Shown here: piece after piece, positions 29,419-39,588 of the stretch
How positions within the stretch are numbered: the first letter of the stretch is position 1
Layout of the letters: every line of letters begins with the position of its first letter
Assembly (NCBI GenBank): GCA_050250895.1
Contig: JBFWNU010000006.1
Span: forward strand, 183,513 to 247,512
Direction: 5' to 3'
DNA length: 64,000 nt
Source: Vulcanimicrobiota bacterium
Lineage (GTDB): Bacteria; Vulcanimicrobiota; Xenobia; Xenobiales; JADMJV01
Notes under the pieces: generated by a model
Databases searched by the model: none
Seen by the model: the letters and a program-made list of their open reading frames with translations, nothing else
Told to the model about the DNA's origin: nothing
Program-made: the position numbers and the translations under genes

Positions 29419-30318
29419 ATGGATCTCGGCAAAGCCTTGACCGAAACGGCCAACCCGGCCAGTCTGAACCTCGACCAGATGTCGAGTCTGGAGATCATCC
29501 AGCTGATGAATACCGAAGACCTGCGGGTCCTCGAGGCGGCCGCAGCCGCGGCCCCCGTCACCGCCCGCCTGGTCGATGCCCTGGTCGAACGCTTTCGACG
29601 GGGTGGACGGCTTTTCTACATCGGAGCCGGCACCTCGGGACGGCTGGGCGTGTTGGACGCTTCGGAATGCCCACCCACCTTCGGCACCCCACCCGAACTC
29701 GTTCAGGGCATCATTGCGGGCGGCATGAAAGCCTTCTCTCAGGCGGTCGAGAAGGCCGAGGACAACCCCGCCGCCGGCGCCGAAGAGCTGCGCGCCCGCG
29801 GCTTTGGCGCCGATGACGTGCTGGTCGGGATCTCGGCTTCGGGGCGGACACCATTCGTCATGGGCGCCGTGGCCTACGCCCGCGAAGTCGGCGCCGTTAC
29901 GGGCGGCATCTTCTGTAATCCGGGGAGTCCCCTCGAAACGGCTGTGGACTTTCCGCTGCTGCTGGAAGTCGGACCCGAGATCGTGACCGGCTCGACCCGT
30001 CTCAAGGCGGGGACCGCTACCAAGCTGGTGCTCAACCAGATTACCACCGCCGCCATGGTGCGCTCGGGTCGGGTGCTGGGCAACCTCATGGTCGACTTGA
30101 TGCCGGCCTGCGAGAAACTCGAGGGACGTTCCCTGCGCATTCTCACTCAGGCCACCGGACTGTCCGAGGTGGAGGCCGGCGGGGTGCTGACTCGAGCCGA
30201 CGGCGATCTGAAAGTGGCCATCGTGATGGCGGCGGGCGGCCTCGATGCCGTCCAGGCCCGCCGGCTTCTGGAAGAGACCGGAGACTTGCGCCTGGCCATC
30301 GAGCGAGCCCGCCCTTGA
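29419..30318 (+). CDS. murQ: N-acetylmuramic acid 6-phosphate etherase
   Basis: GAGTSGRLGVLDASECPPTFG, GISASGRTP, GPEIVTGSTRLKAGTA, GNLMVD. Confidence 0.97.
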   Translation: MDLGKALTETANPASLNLDQMSSLEIIQLMNTEDLRVLEAAAAAAPVTARLVDALVERFRRGGRLFYIGAGTSGRLGVLDASECPPTFGTPPELVQGIIAGGMKAFSQAVEKAEDNPAAGAEELRARGFGADDVLVGISASGRTPFVMGAVAYAREVGAVTGGIFCNPGSPLETAVDFPLLLEVGPEIVTGSTRLKAGTATKLVLNQITTAAMVRSGRVLGNLMVDLMPACEKLEGRSLRILTQATGLSEVEAGGVLTRADGDLKVAIVMAAGGLDAVQARRLLEETGDLRLAIERARP

Positions 30319-32264
30319 GGTGGTGGTATTCGCTGCTGTTCCTGGTGCTAGCAGCCTGCGCGCGAAGCCCTCAGGTGGCCCAGACCGGCGACCCGCTGCC
30401 GATTCCTACCCCCCGGCTCGAACAACTGGCTGCGCCGGTGGGCTTGCTCAAGAGCGAACCGACCTTTGAAGCACTGGGCTGGCGCTCCCGCTGGGAGTGG
30501 CAGGGAGCCGAAGAAGTGCTCAAGAGCCTGGATGTGCCCTATGTAGTGGTCACTCCCGAGCAACTCGGTCACTGGCAGGGCCAGATCCTGGTGCTGCCCA
30601 ACGTGCGCAACACGTCGCCCCAGACCGTAGGCCGCATCAAGACGCTGGCGGATTCGGGGGTCAAGTTGCTGGGCACTTCCATGGTCAGCTACCGCAAGGC
30701 CGATAACAGTCCCTGGGCGCCGAACAACTTCGCCCTCTCGAAGGCTTTCGGAGTCGACTTTCACCGTTGGGTCGGCGCCCCTCCCCAGGCCGCCGCTCTT
30801 CAGCTAGAGCAACCGCTGGGGGGCGGCCGCGTGCTGTTGGGCCGCTATCAGGCGATGCTGGTCAAAGTCCACCCCAAGGCCAGCGTGCTGGCCACCTGGG
30901 AAGACGGCCAGGCAGCCATCGTCGAGGGGCCGGCCGGAATTTACGTGGGCGAGGACCTCTTTTGCTTCGAGAATTCGACCAGTCCTCAGGTCCTCAAGCT
31001 CATTTCTAGCCTGTTGCTGCGGCTTGACCCGAGTCTTGAGCTCAACCCCAAGCCCAAGTTGACTGTGCGCGCCCCCCACCCCCCCGTGGTGCCCATCCCC
31101 GACAGCCAGCGTCCGGTGCGCATCGGTCTGGGGCAAGTCAGCTCTGAGGTGGTCTTTCGAGCCCCGTCGGGCCTGAAAGTCGACGACCGGGTCCACTCCC
31201 AATACCGCCTCAAGCCCGACGATCCGCAGCCTCACAAGATCTCGGCCAAGCCTTACCTCGAGGTGCTGTGGACTCGCCCCAACGGCACCTACACCTGGTC
31301 GGCCTACCGCGGGACCCTCGAGTTCGTCCCTGGCGCATCGCCTCAGCTGCTCAACCTGGTGGACCTCGAGAGCTATCTGGCCGGCGTCGTTCCCAGCGAG
31401 GTTCCATCTTACTTTCCCGACGAGTCACTCAAGGCCATGGCGGTGGTGGCCCGCACCTTTGCGCTGTCGCACCTGCACCGACACGCCGCCTTTGACCTGT
31501 GCAGCGAGGTGCACTGCCAGGTCTATCGCGGGCTGGCCAAAGAAGCCTCGTCGACCAGTCGGGCCATCGCCGCCACCAGTGGCCAGACCCTCCGCTTCGA
31601 TCAGAAGCCGGCCGACGCTACCTTTCACGCCGTGTGCGGCGGCCATACCGCTGATGTGGCCAAGATCTGGCCCCGCGGCACGGCCGTGGCCTATCTCGCC
31701 GGCGCCCCCGACCAGAGCGAGACTGTGCGCTTTGACCTGAGCAAAGAAGACGACCTGCGCCTGTTTTTAGGGGCTGACTTCAGCAGCGCCTATTGCTCGG
31801 GGGCCGGTCGCTTTCGCTGGCGCGAGAGCTATGCCTGGCCCGAGCTGCGCAAGAAGCTAGAGGAGGGCCTGAAGGTCAACCAGGGAGCCGACTTTCAGGG
31901 TCTGTCGGCCCTGACTTCGCTGCGCGTTTCGGGGCGAAGCCCCAGCGGACGCGTGGCGGAACTGATCGTCACCTCGCCTGAGCGAAGCTACACCGTCCGT
32001 GGTGACGCCATCCGCTGGCTGTTCTCGGCTGGCCAGGTGGGCGGGGCCGGCGGGCTTAACAGCACGCTTTTCTATCTGCGCACCACCGGCGAGGGCGACC
32101 AACGGGTGCTCGAGGTGGTCGGCGGCGGCTGGGGGCACGGGGTGGGAATGTGCCAGGAGGGCGCGGCCGGCCGGGCTCGAGGAGGTCAGAAATACCCCGA
32201 GATTCTGACCCATTACTACCCCGGCACTCGTCTCGAGGGAGCCGCCCCGGCCATCATCCGCTAG
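30315..32264 (+). CDS. SpoIID/LytB-domain lipoprotein with an extra N-terminal alpha/beta domain
   Basis: Lipobox LAAC; LESYLAGVVPSE, LKAMAVVARTF, HCQVY.G, GWGHGVGMCQ.GA, ILTHYYPG. Confidence 0.9.
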   Translation: MRWWYSLLFLVLAACARSPQVAQTGDPLPIPTPRLEQLAAPVGLLKSEPTFEALGWRSRWEWQGAEEVLKSLDVPYVVVTPEQLGHWQGQILVLPNVRNTSPQTVGRIKTLADSGVKLLGTSMVSYRKADNSPWAPNNFALSKAFGVDFHRWVGAPPQAAALQLEQPLGGGRVLLGRYQAMLVKVHPKASVLATWEDGQAAIVEGPAGIYVGEDLFCFENSTSPQVLKLISSLLLRLDPSLELNPKPKLTVRAPHPPVVPIPDSQRPVRIGLGQVSSEVVFRAPSGLKVDDRVHSQYRLKPDDPQPHKISAKPYLEVLWTRPNGTYTWSAYRGTLEFVPGASPQLLNLVDLESYLAGVVPSEVPSYFPDESLKAMAVVARTFALSHLHRHAAFDLCSEVHCQVYRGLAKEASSTSRAIAATSGQTLRFDQKPADATFHAVCGGHTADVAKIWPRGTAVAYLAGAPDQSETVRFDLSKEDDLRLFLGADFSSAYCSGAGRFRWRESYAWPELRKKLEEGLKVNQGADFQGLSALTSLRVSGRSPSGRVAELIVTSPERSYTVRGDAIRWLFSAGQVGGAGGLNSTLFYLRTTGEGDQRVLEVVGGGWGHGVGMCQEGAAGRARGGQKYPEILTHYYPGTRLEGAAPAIIR

Positions 32265-32343
32265 GCACCGGTTTGGGCTCGCGAGATAGAAACCGCCCAG
32301 ACGCGAAGGCGTCGAGGGTTGGTGTGCGAGCGATATGCGACGG

Positions 32344-32660
32344 CTAGCTCCCTGGCTGAGTGAGTGTGAAACCACCCTCTATCCGCTTCCGGTCTCTCGA
32401 CACATCCACTGCCAGGCCCATTCGAACATACACAAAGGTCAGCGAGTGGGCCGGGGAATGATCTTGGTCAAGAACAACGTCGGGGGCACCGCAAATTTCC
32501 TGCAAAGACTGCACGCCATCCTGACTGCTTAGCCCTCCCCGCGGGGTGGACAAACTCAAGCCGTAGATTCCTACCACATGTCCTGCCTCGACATCGAGGG
32601 TGATCAGGCAGCCTCCGTTGCCAAAGACAGACGAGAGATCGACCCGCGCGCAGTGACATC
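32344..32660 (-). pseudogene. Possible degraded gene remnant of unknown function
   Basis: ORF 32344..32577 reads open upstream to an in-frame TGA near 32660 without a good start; lower-GC codon usage. Confidence 0.3.
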
Positions 32661-32729
32661 ATGGCACCCCCAGCCCGTCCATCAGACCATCGGTCGTCAT
32701 CCTCATGGGCTCGTTACGCCGGGCTCGGC

Positions 32730-33116
32730 CTATCTCAGTCTGGCCTTGAGATACTCCAGGTCGGCGCTGGCTTCGGTTAAGGGCAGAACCCGGTTGAGGT
32801 AGCTGTCGGCTCGCAAGTCGTCGTTGAGATAGAAGAGCAGTTGTTGGCCTTCCTTAAAGAGCCGGGCCGGATAAGTGGGGCCACCGTGGCCGTCGACCTT
32901 GACCTTGCCCTTGAGCTTGCCTTTGTAGAGCTGGTCGACCTGAACGGTGGCCAGCGAAGGATAGCCGTACTTGTCTTTGTTTACCGCCACCACCGTACCC
33001 ACGAAGACCTGCGACGAACGGGCGAAGGCGGCCGGGGCGTCGGCAGGGGGAGTGCCGGTTGGGACTTCGGCCAGGGCGGGGAGCAGCAGGAGTAAGACGA
33101 GCAAGAAGGGTTTCAT
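32730..33116 (-). CDS. Small secreted hypothetical protein (TIMP/NTR-like beta fold possible)
   Basis: Signal peptide MKPFLLVLLLLLPALA; VFVGTVV...V..LYKG...F.EGQ..LFYL pattern. Confidence 0.65.
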   Translation of the reverse strand: MKPFLLVLLLLLPALAEVPTGTPPADAPAAFARSSQVFVGTVVAVNKDKYGYPSLATVQVDQLYKGKLKGKVKVDGHGGPTYPARLFKEGQQLLFYLNDDLRADSYLNRVLPLTEASADLEYLKARLR

Positions 33117-33264
33117 TTCCAAAGCTTGGCCGGACCATCGCCATTCCCCTTCGTCGCTGGCCCGCCTAACTAGCCCAACCAGACAGGGCCTCCATTCTGC
33201 TCATCGTCCCTCGCTGCGTCTCGAGAGGACCCCGCGCTTCGCCTTAGCGACCAGCCACCACCCG

Positions 33265-33714
33265 TCAGGTCTTGTTGTAGTTGAAGGTGACCCGGTTGGA
33301 CTTGGTCAGGTAGCGGCCCTCGGTGTAGATGCCCAACTCGAAGGATAGGTCGGTGTTGCCGCTGGCCATGTGCAGCTGGTCGTACGGCATGAAAAGGGTC
33401 AAGTCGTTGAAACGAGCGCTGGGGTAGGCGGGCACGAAGTCGCGATTGATGCTGACGTAGCCGTCGACGTCCTTGTATTGTCCGTCGAAATCCTTCAGGG
33501 CCTGTCCGTTGGCGTAGTAGAAGTGCGAGGTCAGCAGGCAGGGCACGTTGAGGTGGTTGTTGACCGTGAAGCGAGCGTGAATCTTGAGTCCTTTCACGCC
33601 GTTTTCCCAGACGTTGTGTTCCAACCAGACGTTTTCGAAGTTGGCCTGAGGTTGCGCCTGGGCGCCCGCCGCCAGCAGCAGCATCAGGGCAACGAAGATG
33701 AGTTTTCGGTTCAT
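33265..33714 (-). CDS. Secreted beta-rich hypothetical protein
   Basis: Signal peptide (AQA), GGAGG RBS, own TATACT -10 and upstream repeat boxes. Confidence 0.8.
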   Translation of the reverse strand: MNRKLIFVALMLLLAAGAQAQPQANFENVWLEHNVWENGVKGLKIHARFTVNNHLNVPCLLTSHFYYANGQALKDFDGQYKDVDGYVSINRDFVPAYPSARFNDLTLFMPYDQLHMASGNTDLSFELGIYTEGRYLTKSNRVTFNYNKT

Positions 33715-33740
33715 GATACCCTCCAGATCTCAGTCTCTAG

Positions 33741-33808
33741 AGTATAGCCGGCAACCCGCCGATTCCGCGTCGTTAGCGACAAGCGGCAATCCGCGGGCGA
33801 TGAACGGC
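33741..33808 (-). promoter_or_regulatory. LytTR-type direct repeats (GCCGTTCATCG / GCCGCTTGTCG, 21-bp period) with -10 TATACT
   Basis: Boxes at 33798-33808 and 33777-33787; 30 nt between the proximal box and the -10 at 33741-33746. Confidence 0.75.
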
Positions 33809-33809
33809 T

Positions 33810-35744
33810 CTATTTGAGGTCCACCCAGAGAACCTCGCGGGCCACGTAGGCCTGGGGCTCTTTGATGGTAGGCCGGCCAGCACGGGTGCCCTGCATGACA
33901 TTCTCCATCAACTTGCCGAAGGGACCCGCCACGGTGGCCGAAGGGTCCGACGACGAGCGCTGTTTGCCCTGGCTCTCGAGAAAGAGCAGATCGACCTCTT
34001 GCGACGTGCCGATGACTTTGAAGCCTTCTCGACCGCTACCCCCGTCGAAGGCCAGATCGACCGTCAGGGTCTGGCCGGGAGAGACCTTTTTCTGGGCCTC
34101 GATGCCATAGGGATACAGCACCTTGACGCCGCCGTCAGCCAGGAAGTTGAGGACCGAGACATAGAGCGGGGATTGGCTTTTGTTGGTGATCTTGAGCAGT
34201 GCCTCCTGGCCTTTGGCGAAGGCGAACAGACCATTGGGCCCGGCCGTGTGAGACGGGTCGGGCTGGAAGCTCTCGATGCTGCCCGAGAATTTGCCGGGCA
34301 CCATTTCCACCTCGAGGCTCTGCGGCTGGTTGACCATGCGCTGCAGGTAGAGACGACGCGCCTCGCCTTTGAGGGCGCGGTGAATCAAGGCCGGTTCCCT
34401 GGTGGGGGAGAGGATGACCTCACCGGTGGCCCGCTCGAGCCGCAGATTGCCATTGTCGTTCCAGGCCAGCACCTCGGCTCCGGCCCCACGCTCGACTTTC
34501 TTGACCACGGGATCGTTCAGGAGCCCCAGCGCTTCGGCCTGAGGATCGACGAAGACCTCTACGGCCACCTCGCCGAAATTTTGTTCCATGACGAAACCCA
34601 CCGCCGAGCGCAGGTCCTCGAGCGAGGCCGAGCCCTGCAGGGCGGCGTTGGCGCGATAGAGGTCGGTGCCGGTTTCGCCGACCACGGCCTCGCAAAGCTT
34701 CTTGGATTGGTCGTCCGGACTGCGGGTGCCGACTCGATAGAGAGCCACGCGGCTGCCGGGGGTCACTCCCAGCAGCCGACCGCGGTCGAGGATGACCGAT
34801 GTGGGGGTAGCGCTCACCACCGACAGAGTTTCTTGGCGAGGGATGGCTTTGCCGCCTAGCAGCGAGAGCTTGAGATCGCCTTCGCCCATCGGGGTCTGGT
34901 CGTAGAAGAAGGTGTTGGCGCCCACCAGACGCAGCAGGTCGAGATAAGAGGAGTCGGGTCCCAGGCGAGGGTCTTCCAGGCCACTGACCAGGGCGTGCGT
35001 GAAGTCTCCGCCGTGGGTGGGATCTTCTTTGGCGGTCTGATGGGCCTGGCAGGCCGAGAGGACGACCCAACCCTGGCCGCCCGCGGCGTGACGCGAGGCG
35101 GTCAGAGTGGCGTCGCTACGGGCCTGTTGCCGGCAGCTGCCGCCGGTGCGAATTTTCTTGCCCAGGGTGCTGGCCGAGCGACTGATCGTGCCCGAATGGC
35201 AGCTATCAAAGATAAAGACTACCGAGCCCTGCTGGCCGCCCGAGCGAACTTTGGCGATGAGTTGCTGCAAAGCCGTCTCGATAAAGTCGTCGCGCACCAC
35301 GCTGTCGGCGAAGGTCGGGTCGTTGGGGCCGGGGGCATCGATGGGGATGATGCACTCGTCGAGGCCGTCGTCCTCGGGGTCGTTCTTTTCCCAGCTATCA
35401 GCGTTAGGGGGCTCGCGATTGGGAACGGCGCAGCCGTGACCGGCGTAGAAGAAGATGACCGTCTCGCCCGGCTGGGCCTCGGTGACGAGCTTCTTCATGG
35501 CGCCTTCGAGGCCGGCTCGGGTGGCCTGCTCCTGGGTGACGATGGTGAGCTTGGCCGGGTCGGCCTTGAACCGGTCCACGAGCGCCTTCTTGATCTTTTC
35601 GACATCACCCGGAGGACCCTCGAGAGGTTCCCAGGCCCCGGTGTTTTGATAGGCCCCCACTCCGACCATCACAGCCCGGATGTCGGGGCCGTCGGCCCAG
35701 CCCAGGCTGCTGAGCATGAGGGCCAAGAGAAGCAGTTTCTTCAT
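33810..35744 (-). CDS. Secreted caspase-like (peptidase C14) protease with C-terminal DUF4384-like domain
   Basis: Signal peptide MKKLLLLALMLSSLGWA; FFYAGHG (His) and FIFDSCHSG (Cys); LSACQAHQTAKE, GDFT; ATG overlaps the CHAT stop (ATGA). Confidence 0.9.
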   Translation of the reverse strand: MKKLLLLALMLSSLGWADGPDIRAVMVGVGAYQNTGAWEPLEGPPGDVEKIKKALVDRFKADPAKLTIVTQEQATRAGLEGAMKKLVTEAQPGETVIFFYAGHGCAVPNREPPNADSWEKNDPEDDGLDECIIPIDAPGPNDPTFADSVVRDDFIETALQQLIAKVRSGGQQGSVVFIFDSCHSGTISRSASTLGKKIRTGGSCRQQARSDATLTASRHAAGGQGWVVLSACQAHQTAKEDPTHGGDFTHALVSGLEDPRLGPDSSYLDLLRLVGANTFFYDQTPMGEGDLKLSLLGGKAIPRQETLSVVSATPTSVILDRGRLLGVTPGSRVALYRVGTRSPDDQSKKLCEAVVGETGTDLYRANAALQGSASLEDLRSAVGFVMEQNFGEVAVEVFVDPQAEALGLLNDPVVKKVERGAGAEVLAWNDNGNLRLERATGEVILSPTREPALIHRALKGEARRLYLQRMVNQPQSLEVEMVPGKFSGSIESFQPDPSHTAGPNGLFAFAKGQEALLKITNKSQSPLYVSVLNFLADGGVKVLYPYGIEAQKKVSPGQTLTVDLAFDGGSGREGFKVIGTSQEVDLLFLESQGKQRSSSDPSATVAGPFGKLMENVMQGTRAGRPTIKEPQAYVAREVLWVDLK

Positions 35745-38700
35745 CGCCAGTCTCCTATCATGGTAAAGGCAGCCCAGTGGAAGGGATGCCGGGTTGCGGG
35801 GTCGGCCAGCAGAGCCTGCTGGGCTTCTTGCAGGGCCTGGGCGGGGGACTTCTTGGCCAGCAGGCCGGTGTAGAACTTCTCCATCAGCGAACGAGTCGAG
35901 TCGTCCGAGACCTTCCACAGGCTGGCCACCACGGTTGGGCAACCGGCAAAGCCGAAGGCATCGGCCAGGCTGGTCAATTCGGAAGTGTCCTGGGCCGACT
36001 CGCCCAGAGCGGTCTCACAGGCCGACAGGGACACCAGCCGGGTCTGGTCGAGTTGCAGACCGGCGATGTCGCTGATGGCCAGCTTTTGCTGGTTGGCCAG
36101 CACCAGAAAGCTCGAGTTGGGGTCACGAGCATTGAGCACACCGTGAGTAGCCAGGTGGATATATTCGTTGTCGGCGAGTGATTGTAGCCGATCCAGGGTG
36201 GCTTCACCGCCCAGCAGCACCGTGGCTTCGGGAAACTGCCGGCCGATGCTTTTGGCTTCTTCGGCCGCGGCTGGTAGCGAGCCGTCGGGATTGCCGATCG
36301 CGAACAGACGGCGGTTGCCGGTCGGGATGGCCGAGGCCAGGTGCTCGAGGTCACTCGACTTGAGCAGACTCACCACTTGCTTGCGTTCGATGAGAAACTC
36401 GAGCCGGTCGTCTTTGAGGCGGGCCACGCAACTCAGCGGCAGAGTCATCAGGCTGCCCGAGGGGATGAAGGCCAGCACTTTCTTGTCGGCGATGTCTGGC
36501 TCGACCGGGTCGATCAATAGCTTGTGCAGGTGCAGCAAGGCCTCTTCCAAGCCTTCGACCGGATTGGAAGGGGCCTGGGCCACGGCCCGACCGGCCCGCA
36601 CCATCTGGCTAGCCTGGGTGGCCAACAGAGCCCGCCGGGTTTGCTTGACCAGGCTGTCCAGTTCGTTGCGGCTGACGGCAACCTGCCGAATCTTGAGTGA
36701 TTCTCGGGTCAGTACGAACAAATAGAGCGAGTCTTTGGTCGGCAGGGTCTGCAGCACGACCGCATCGGCCGGAACCTGGGATTGAATGCGGGCGAAGTTG
36801 ACCGGTCGAATCGACAAGAACTGGCCATAACCGGGATGCTGGCGCCGGATTTCGCCCAGGGCGGTGTAGAATTCTTGGCGATTGGCGGCTACCAGGCCTT
36901 CGGCCTTTTTGCCGCCCCGGGTTTGTTCGCTTTGCAGCGCCTGGCCCCGATCGCGCAGTTCGTCGAGGGCGCGCGTCGCCGAGCGCAGCTTGGGATCCGA
37001 CTGAGCCAGGGCCTCGGCCTGGCCGCTCATCAAGCTCTCGGCCTGGCCCAGGCGGGCCAGGGTCTCGAAGGCTTCTGGCTGTTTGCCGGCCTCGAGCAAC
37101 AGCTCGGCCTGAAGCTCATAGGCCCGGCGAAAGCGCTGGCGCAGATGAGCTGAGCCGCCGGCCTCGGTGAGGTAGTCCTCGACCAGGGTGACGGCTCGCT
37201 GACATGCCTTGAGGGCTCGTTCTTTTTGGCCCAGGGCCCGATCGACCTCGGCCAGTCGGATCAAAGCCACGATGATGCCGGGGCGATGATGGTGGGACTC
37301 GCTCTCTTTGAGAAGGGTCGCCGCCGTCGGGCGGGCGAGCTTTGCCCAGCCGGCCGGCTGTTTGGCGGCGAGCCGTTCCAGCTGGGTGAAGCGAGCGTCC
37401 TCCAGTCCCAGGTAGCCGACTCCAGAACGGGCGTCGTTCTGATAGACGAGCGCTTCTTCCAGGGCTTGCTCGTCATCTTCCAGTTGGGCCTTCTCGAGCT
37501 TGTAGAGGGCCACCACCCGAGCCACGTCACCCTGGGTCCAGGGGAACTCGTTGGGACTGCCCATATTGGCCAGTTGATAGGCCAGACCGGTCTCGCGAAT
37601 GGCTTGCCAGGTGGCCTCGACCGGGGCAGCCAGCTCGCGCAGCAGAAGCAGCGCCTCGGCTTTGCGACCCTGCAACCGCCAGGTGCGCACGACTTGCAGC
37701 TCGAGGGCCTGGCTGGCCAACAAGAACTCGGGGTTCCAGACCCTGACGAAGGTGGCCAGGTCGGTCGGGTGCAGGCTCATGTCCATCTGCCCGGCCGCCA
37801 GGCGACGCAGGCGGCGCAGGTCTTCCCACACCACATAGTAGAGCTGGGCGTAGACCGGGAATTCGTTGGTCTCCGACGACATCTGGCGCAGCGCCGCGCT
37901 AATCCAGACGCTGGCCCCTTCACCAACCCAGCGGCCCAGACCGCCCTCGAGCGGTTGGCGCTCGAGGTTGTCGAGCTTGGACCAGGTAGCAGTGTGGCGG
38001 GCTAGCCATTGAGCTGGCGGCAAGTCGGGATTCTTCTGCAGTTCGCGTTCCAGGGCCAGGCTTTCGACCACGAATCCCTCCAGGGGGGCGGTCGGAAGTT
38101 GGGCCAGAGCGACTAGTTGGCGGTCGAGCACTTCGGGTCGTTCGGCTTTGTGGGCGGCAGTCGCCACGGCCAGTCTCACGAAGACCTCATCGCGGGGGGA
38201 GAGACCGGTCACCATTGTTTCGCCGCGCTCGATGGCTTCATCCCAGAGTCCGCCGCCTTCGAGGGCAACCAGTTCGAGCTTGGCCACCTGGAGGGGGTCG
38301 TGGGACTCGGCCTTCAACCGGGCGAGCAGGCCAGGCAAATAGGTCTGGTTGCCCACCCGAATGGCCAGGGTGGCGGCCGCCAGGCCCTGTTGCGCCGGCG
38401 GAGCGGCGGGCTGAGCCGGCATGACCGTGGCCATCGTTCCTCGGGTATCGATCGCCTCGTCCGCTTCGAACAGGGTGCCCCGCCAGCGGGTCACGGCCCA
38501 AAGCATACCCTTCTCCTTTAGCAACTGCTCGGGTTCGCCATAGCCTTCCATGCGAAAGGCCCGGGCGATGGTGTTGAGCCACTCGACCCGGTCGGGCTGC
38601 TGGGCCAGCACCTGGTCAAAGGCGGGGCGGGCCACCTCGGGATAGAGGCGAACCCCCTGCACGATCTTGATCAATTCGCCTGCTTGGCGCCACTGTTCGG

Positions 38701-38797
38701 TGCGGTTGAGGAACGTCTCGACATCGACCGGCTGGGCCCAGAGCGGGGCGGTGAGCAGCATCAGCCAGACGGCCAGAGCTTTCGGGATAGAAATCAT
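35741..38797 (-). CDS. Secreted CHAT-domain protease with helical/TPR-like N-region
   Basis: Signal peptide after ATG 38797 (GGAG RBS; alternative start 38863); FIPSGSL..LP, IHLATHG, LSACETALG, VVASLWKV.D, HPFHWAAF..IG. Confidence 0.92.
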   Translation of the reverse strand: MISIPKALAVWLMLLTAPLWAQPVDVETFLNRTEQWRQAGELIKIVQGVRLYPEVARPAFDQVLAQQPDRVEWLNTIARAFRMEGYGEPEQLLKEKGMLWAVTRWRGTLFEADEAIDTRGTMATVMPAQPAAPPAQQGLAAATLAIRVGNQTYLPGLLARLKAESHDPLQVAKLELVALEGGGLWDEAIERGETMVTGLSPRDEVFVRLAVATAAHKAERPEVLDRQLVALAQLPTAPLEGFVVESLALERELQKNPDLPPAQWLARHTATWSKLDNLERQPLEGGLGRWVGEGASVWISAALRQMSSETNEFPVYAQLYYVVWEDLRRLRRLAAGQMDMSLHPTDLATFVRVWNPEFLLASQALELQVVRTWRLQGRKAEALLLLRELAAPVEATWQAIRETGLAYQLANMGSPNEFPWTQGDVARVVALYKLEKAQLEDDEQALEEALVYQNDARSGVGYLGLEDARFTQLERLAAKQPAGWAKLARPTAATLLKESESHHHRPGIIVALIRLAEVDRALGQKERALKACQRAVTLVEDYLTEAGGSAHLRQRFRRAYELQAELLLEAGKQPEAFETLARLGQAESLMSGQAEALAQSDPKLRSATRALDELRDRGQALQSEQTRGGKKAEGLVAANRQEFYTALGEIRRQHPGYGQFLSIRPVNFARIQSQVPADAVVLQTLPTKDSLYLFVLTRESLKIRQVAVSRNELDSLVKQTRRALLATQASQMVRAGRAVAQAPSNPVEGLEEALLHLHKLLIDPVEPDIADKKVLAFIPSGSLMTLPLSCVARLKDDRLEFLIERKQVVSLLKSSDLEHLASAIPTGNRRLFAIGNPDGSLPAAAEEAKSIGRQFPEATVLLGGEATLDRLQSLADNEYIHLATHGVLNARDPNSSFLVLANQQKLAISDIAGLQLDQTRLVSLSACETALGESAQDTSELTSLADAFGFAGCPTVVASLWKVSDDSTRSLMEKFYTGLLAKKSPAQALQEAQQALLADPATRHPFHWAAFTMIGDWR

Positions 38798-38856
38798 GAC
38801 CCGTCTTCTCCCAATTCGGAAAGGGGCGTTCGAAAGGGCGGCCTTTGGATCCTGGC

Positions 38857-39588
38857 TCACCATCCGGTAGCCTCCTTAAACCCTGGCACGAAGCGTCTCG
38901 AGAGGGGCACCTGAGAACCGTCTTCCAACACCAGGGTGTAGGAACCCGAAAACCACGAATTGACCTCGCGGATCTTCTGAAGGTTGACCAAAAAGGCTTT
39001 GTGGATTCTCAGAAAGCCGTGCTCGGCCAGCCGCTCTTCGAGCTCTTTGAGAGTGTGCCGGACCCGCAGGGGTGGGTGTTCCTGGGTGTGTAGATAGACC
39101 TTCTTCTCGCGAGCCTGGACCGACTGCAGTTGGGAGTAGTCGAGCAGAATCCAGCGTTCTTCGGCGGCCTCGCCCCAGAGCTTGGTGGCCTGCTGATGCC
39201 AGAGAAGCTTGCCCACGGACTCGTGCTGGTTGACCGGAATCTTGAGCCGGGCGACGGTCTGGGCTAGCCGGTCCTCGCGAAAAGGCTTGACCACATAGTC
39301 GACGGCGCTCAGCCGGAAGGCTTCGGCGGCGTGCTCGGAATAGGCCGTCGCAAAGACGATGCGCGGGGCCCCGCCGCGCTCGAGCAGGCGGGCGGCCACG
39401 GTCAGGCCGTCGTCACCCGGCATGTTGATGTCGAGGAACACTACGTCGAAGCTGTCGTTGGCCGTGCGCTCGAGCACATCGATTCCGTTTTCGGCCTCGG
39501 CAAATTCGGCGCTGGGCAGTAGCTCGTTGAGCATGTAGCGCAGTTCCTGGCGGGCAGGTCTCTCATCGTCGGCGATCAGGATCTTCAT
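38857..39588 (-). CDS. LytTR-family response regulator
   Basis: REC (IADDE, FLDINMP, FATAY, DYVVKP) plus LytTR (LKELEERL, FLRIHKAFLVN, VPLSRR). Confidence 0.95.
   Translation of the reverse strand: MKILIADDERPARQELRYMLNELLPSAEFAEAENGIDVLERTANDSFDVVFLDINMPGDDGLTVAARLLERGGAPRIVFATAYSEHAAEAFRLSAVDYVVKPFREDRLAQTVARLKIPVNQHESVGKLLWHQQATKLWGEAAEERWILLDYSQLQSVQAREKKVYLHTQEHPPLRVRHTLKELEERLAEHGFLRIHKAFLVNLQKIREVNSWFSGSYTLVLEDGSQVPLSRRFVPGFKEATGW

Noticed and set aside
33810-38797. CRISPR type III-E (Craspase) or gasdermin defence locus
   Set aside because: No cas genes, array or gasdermin seen in the window, and both proteases have signal peptides.
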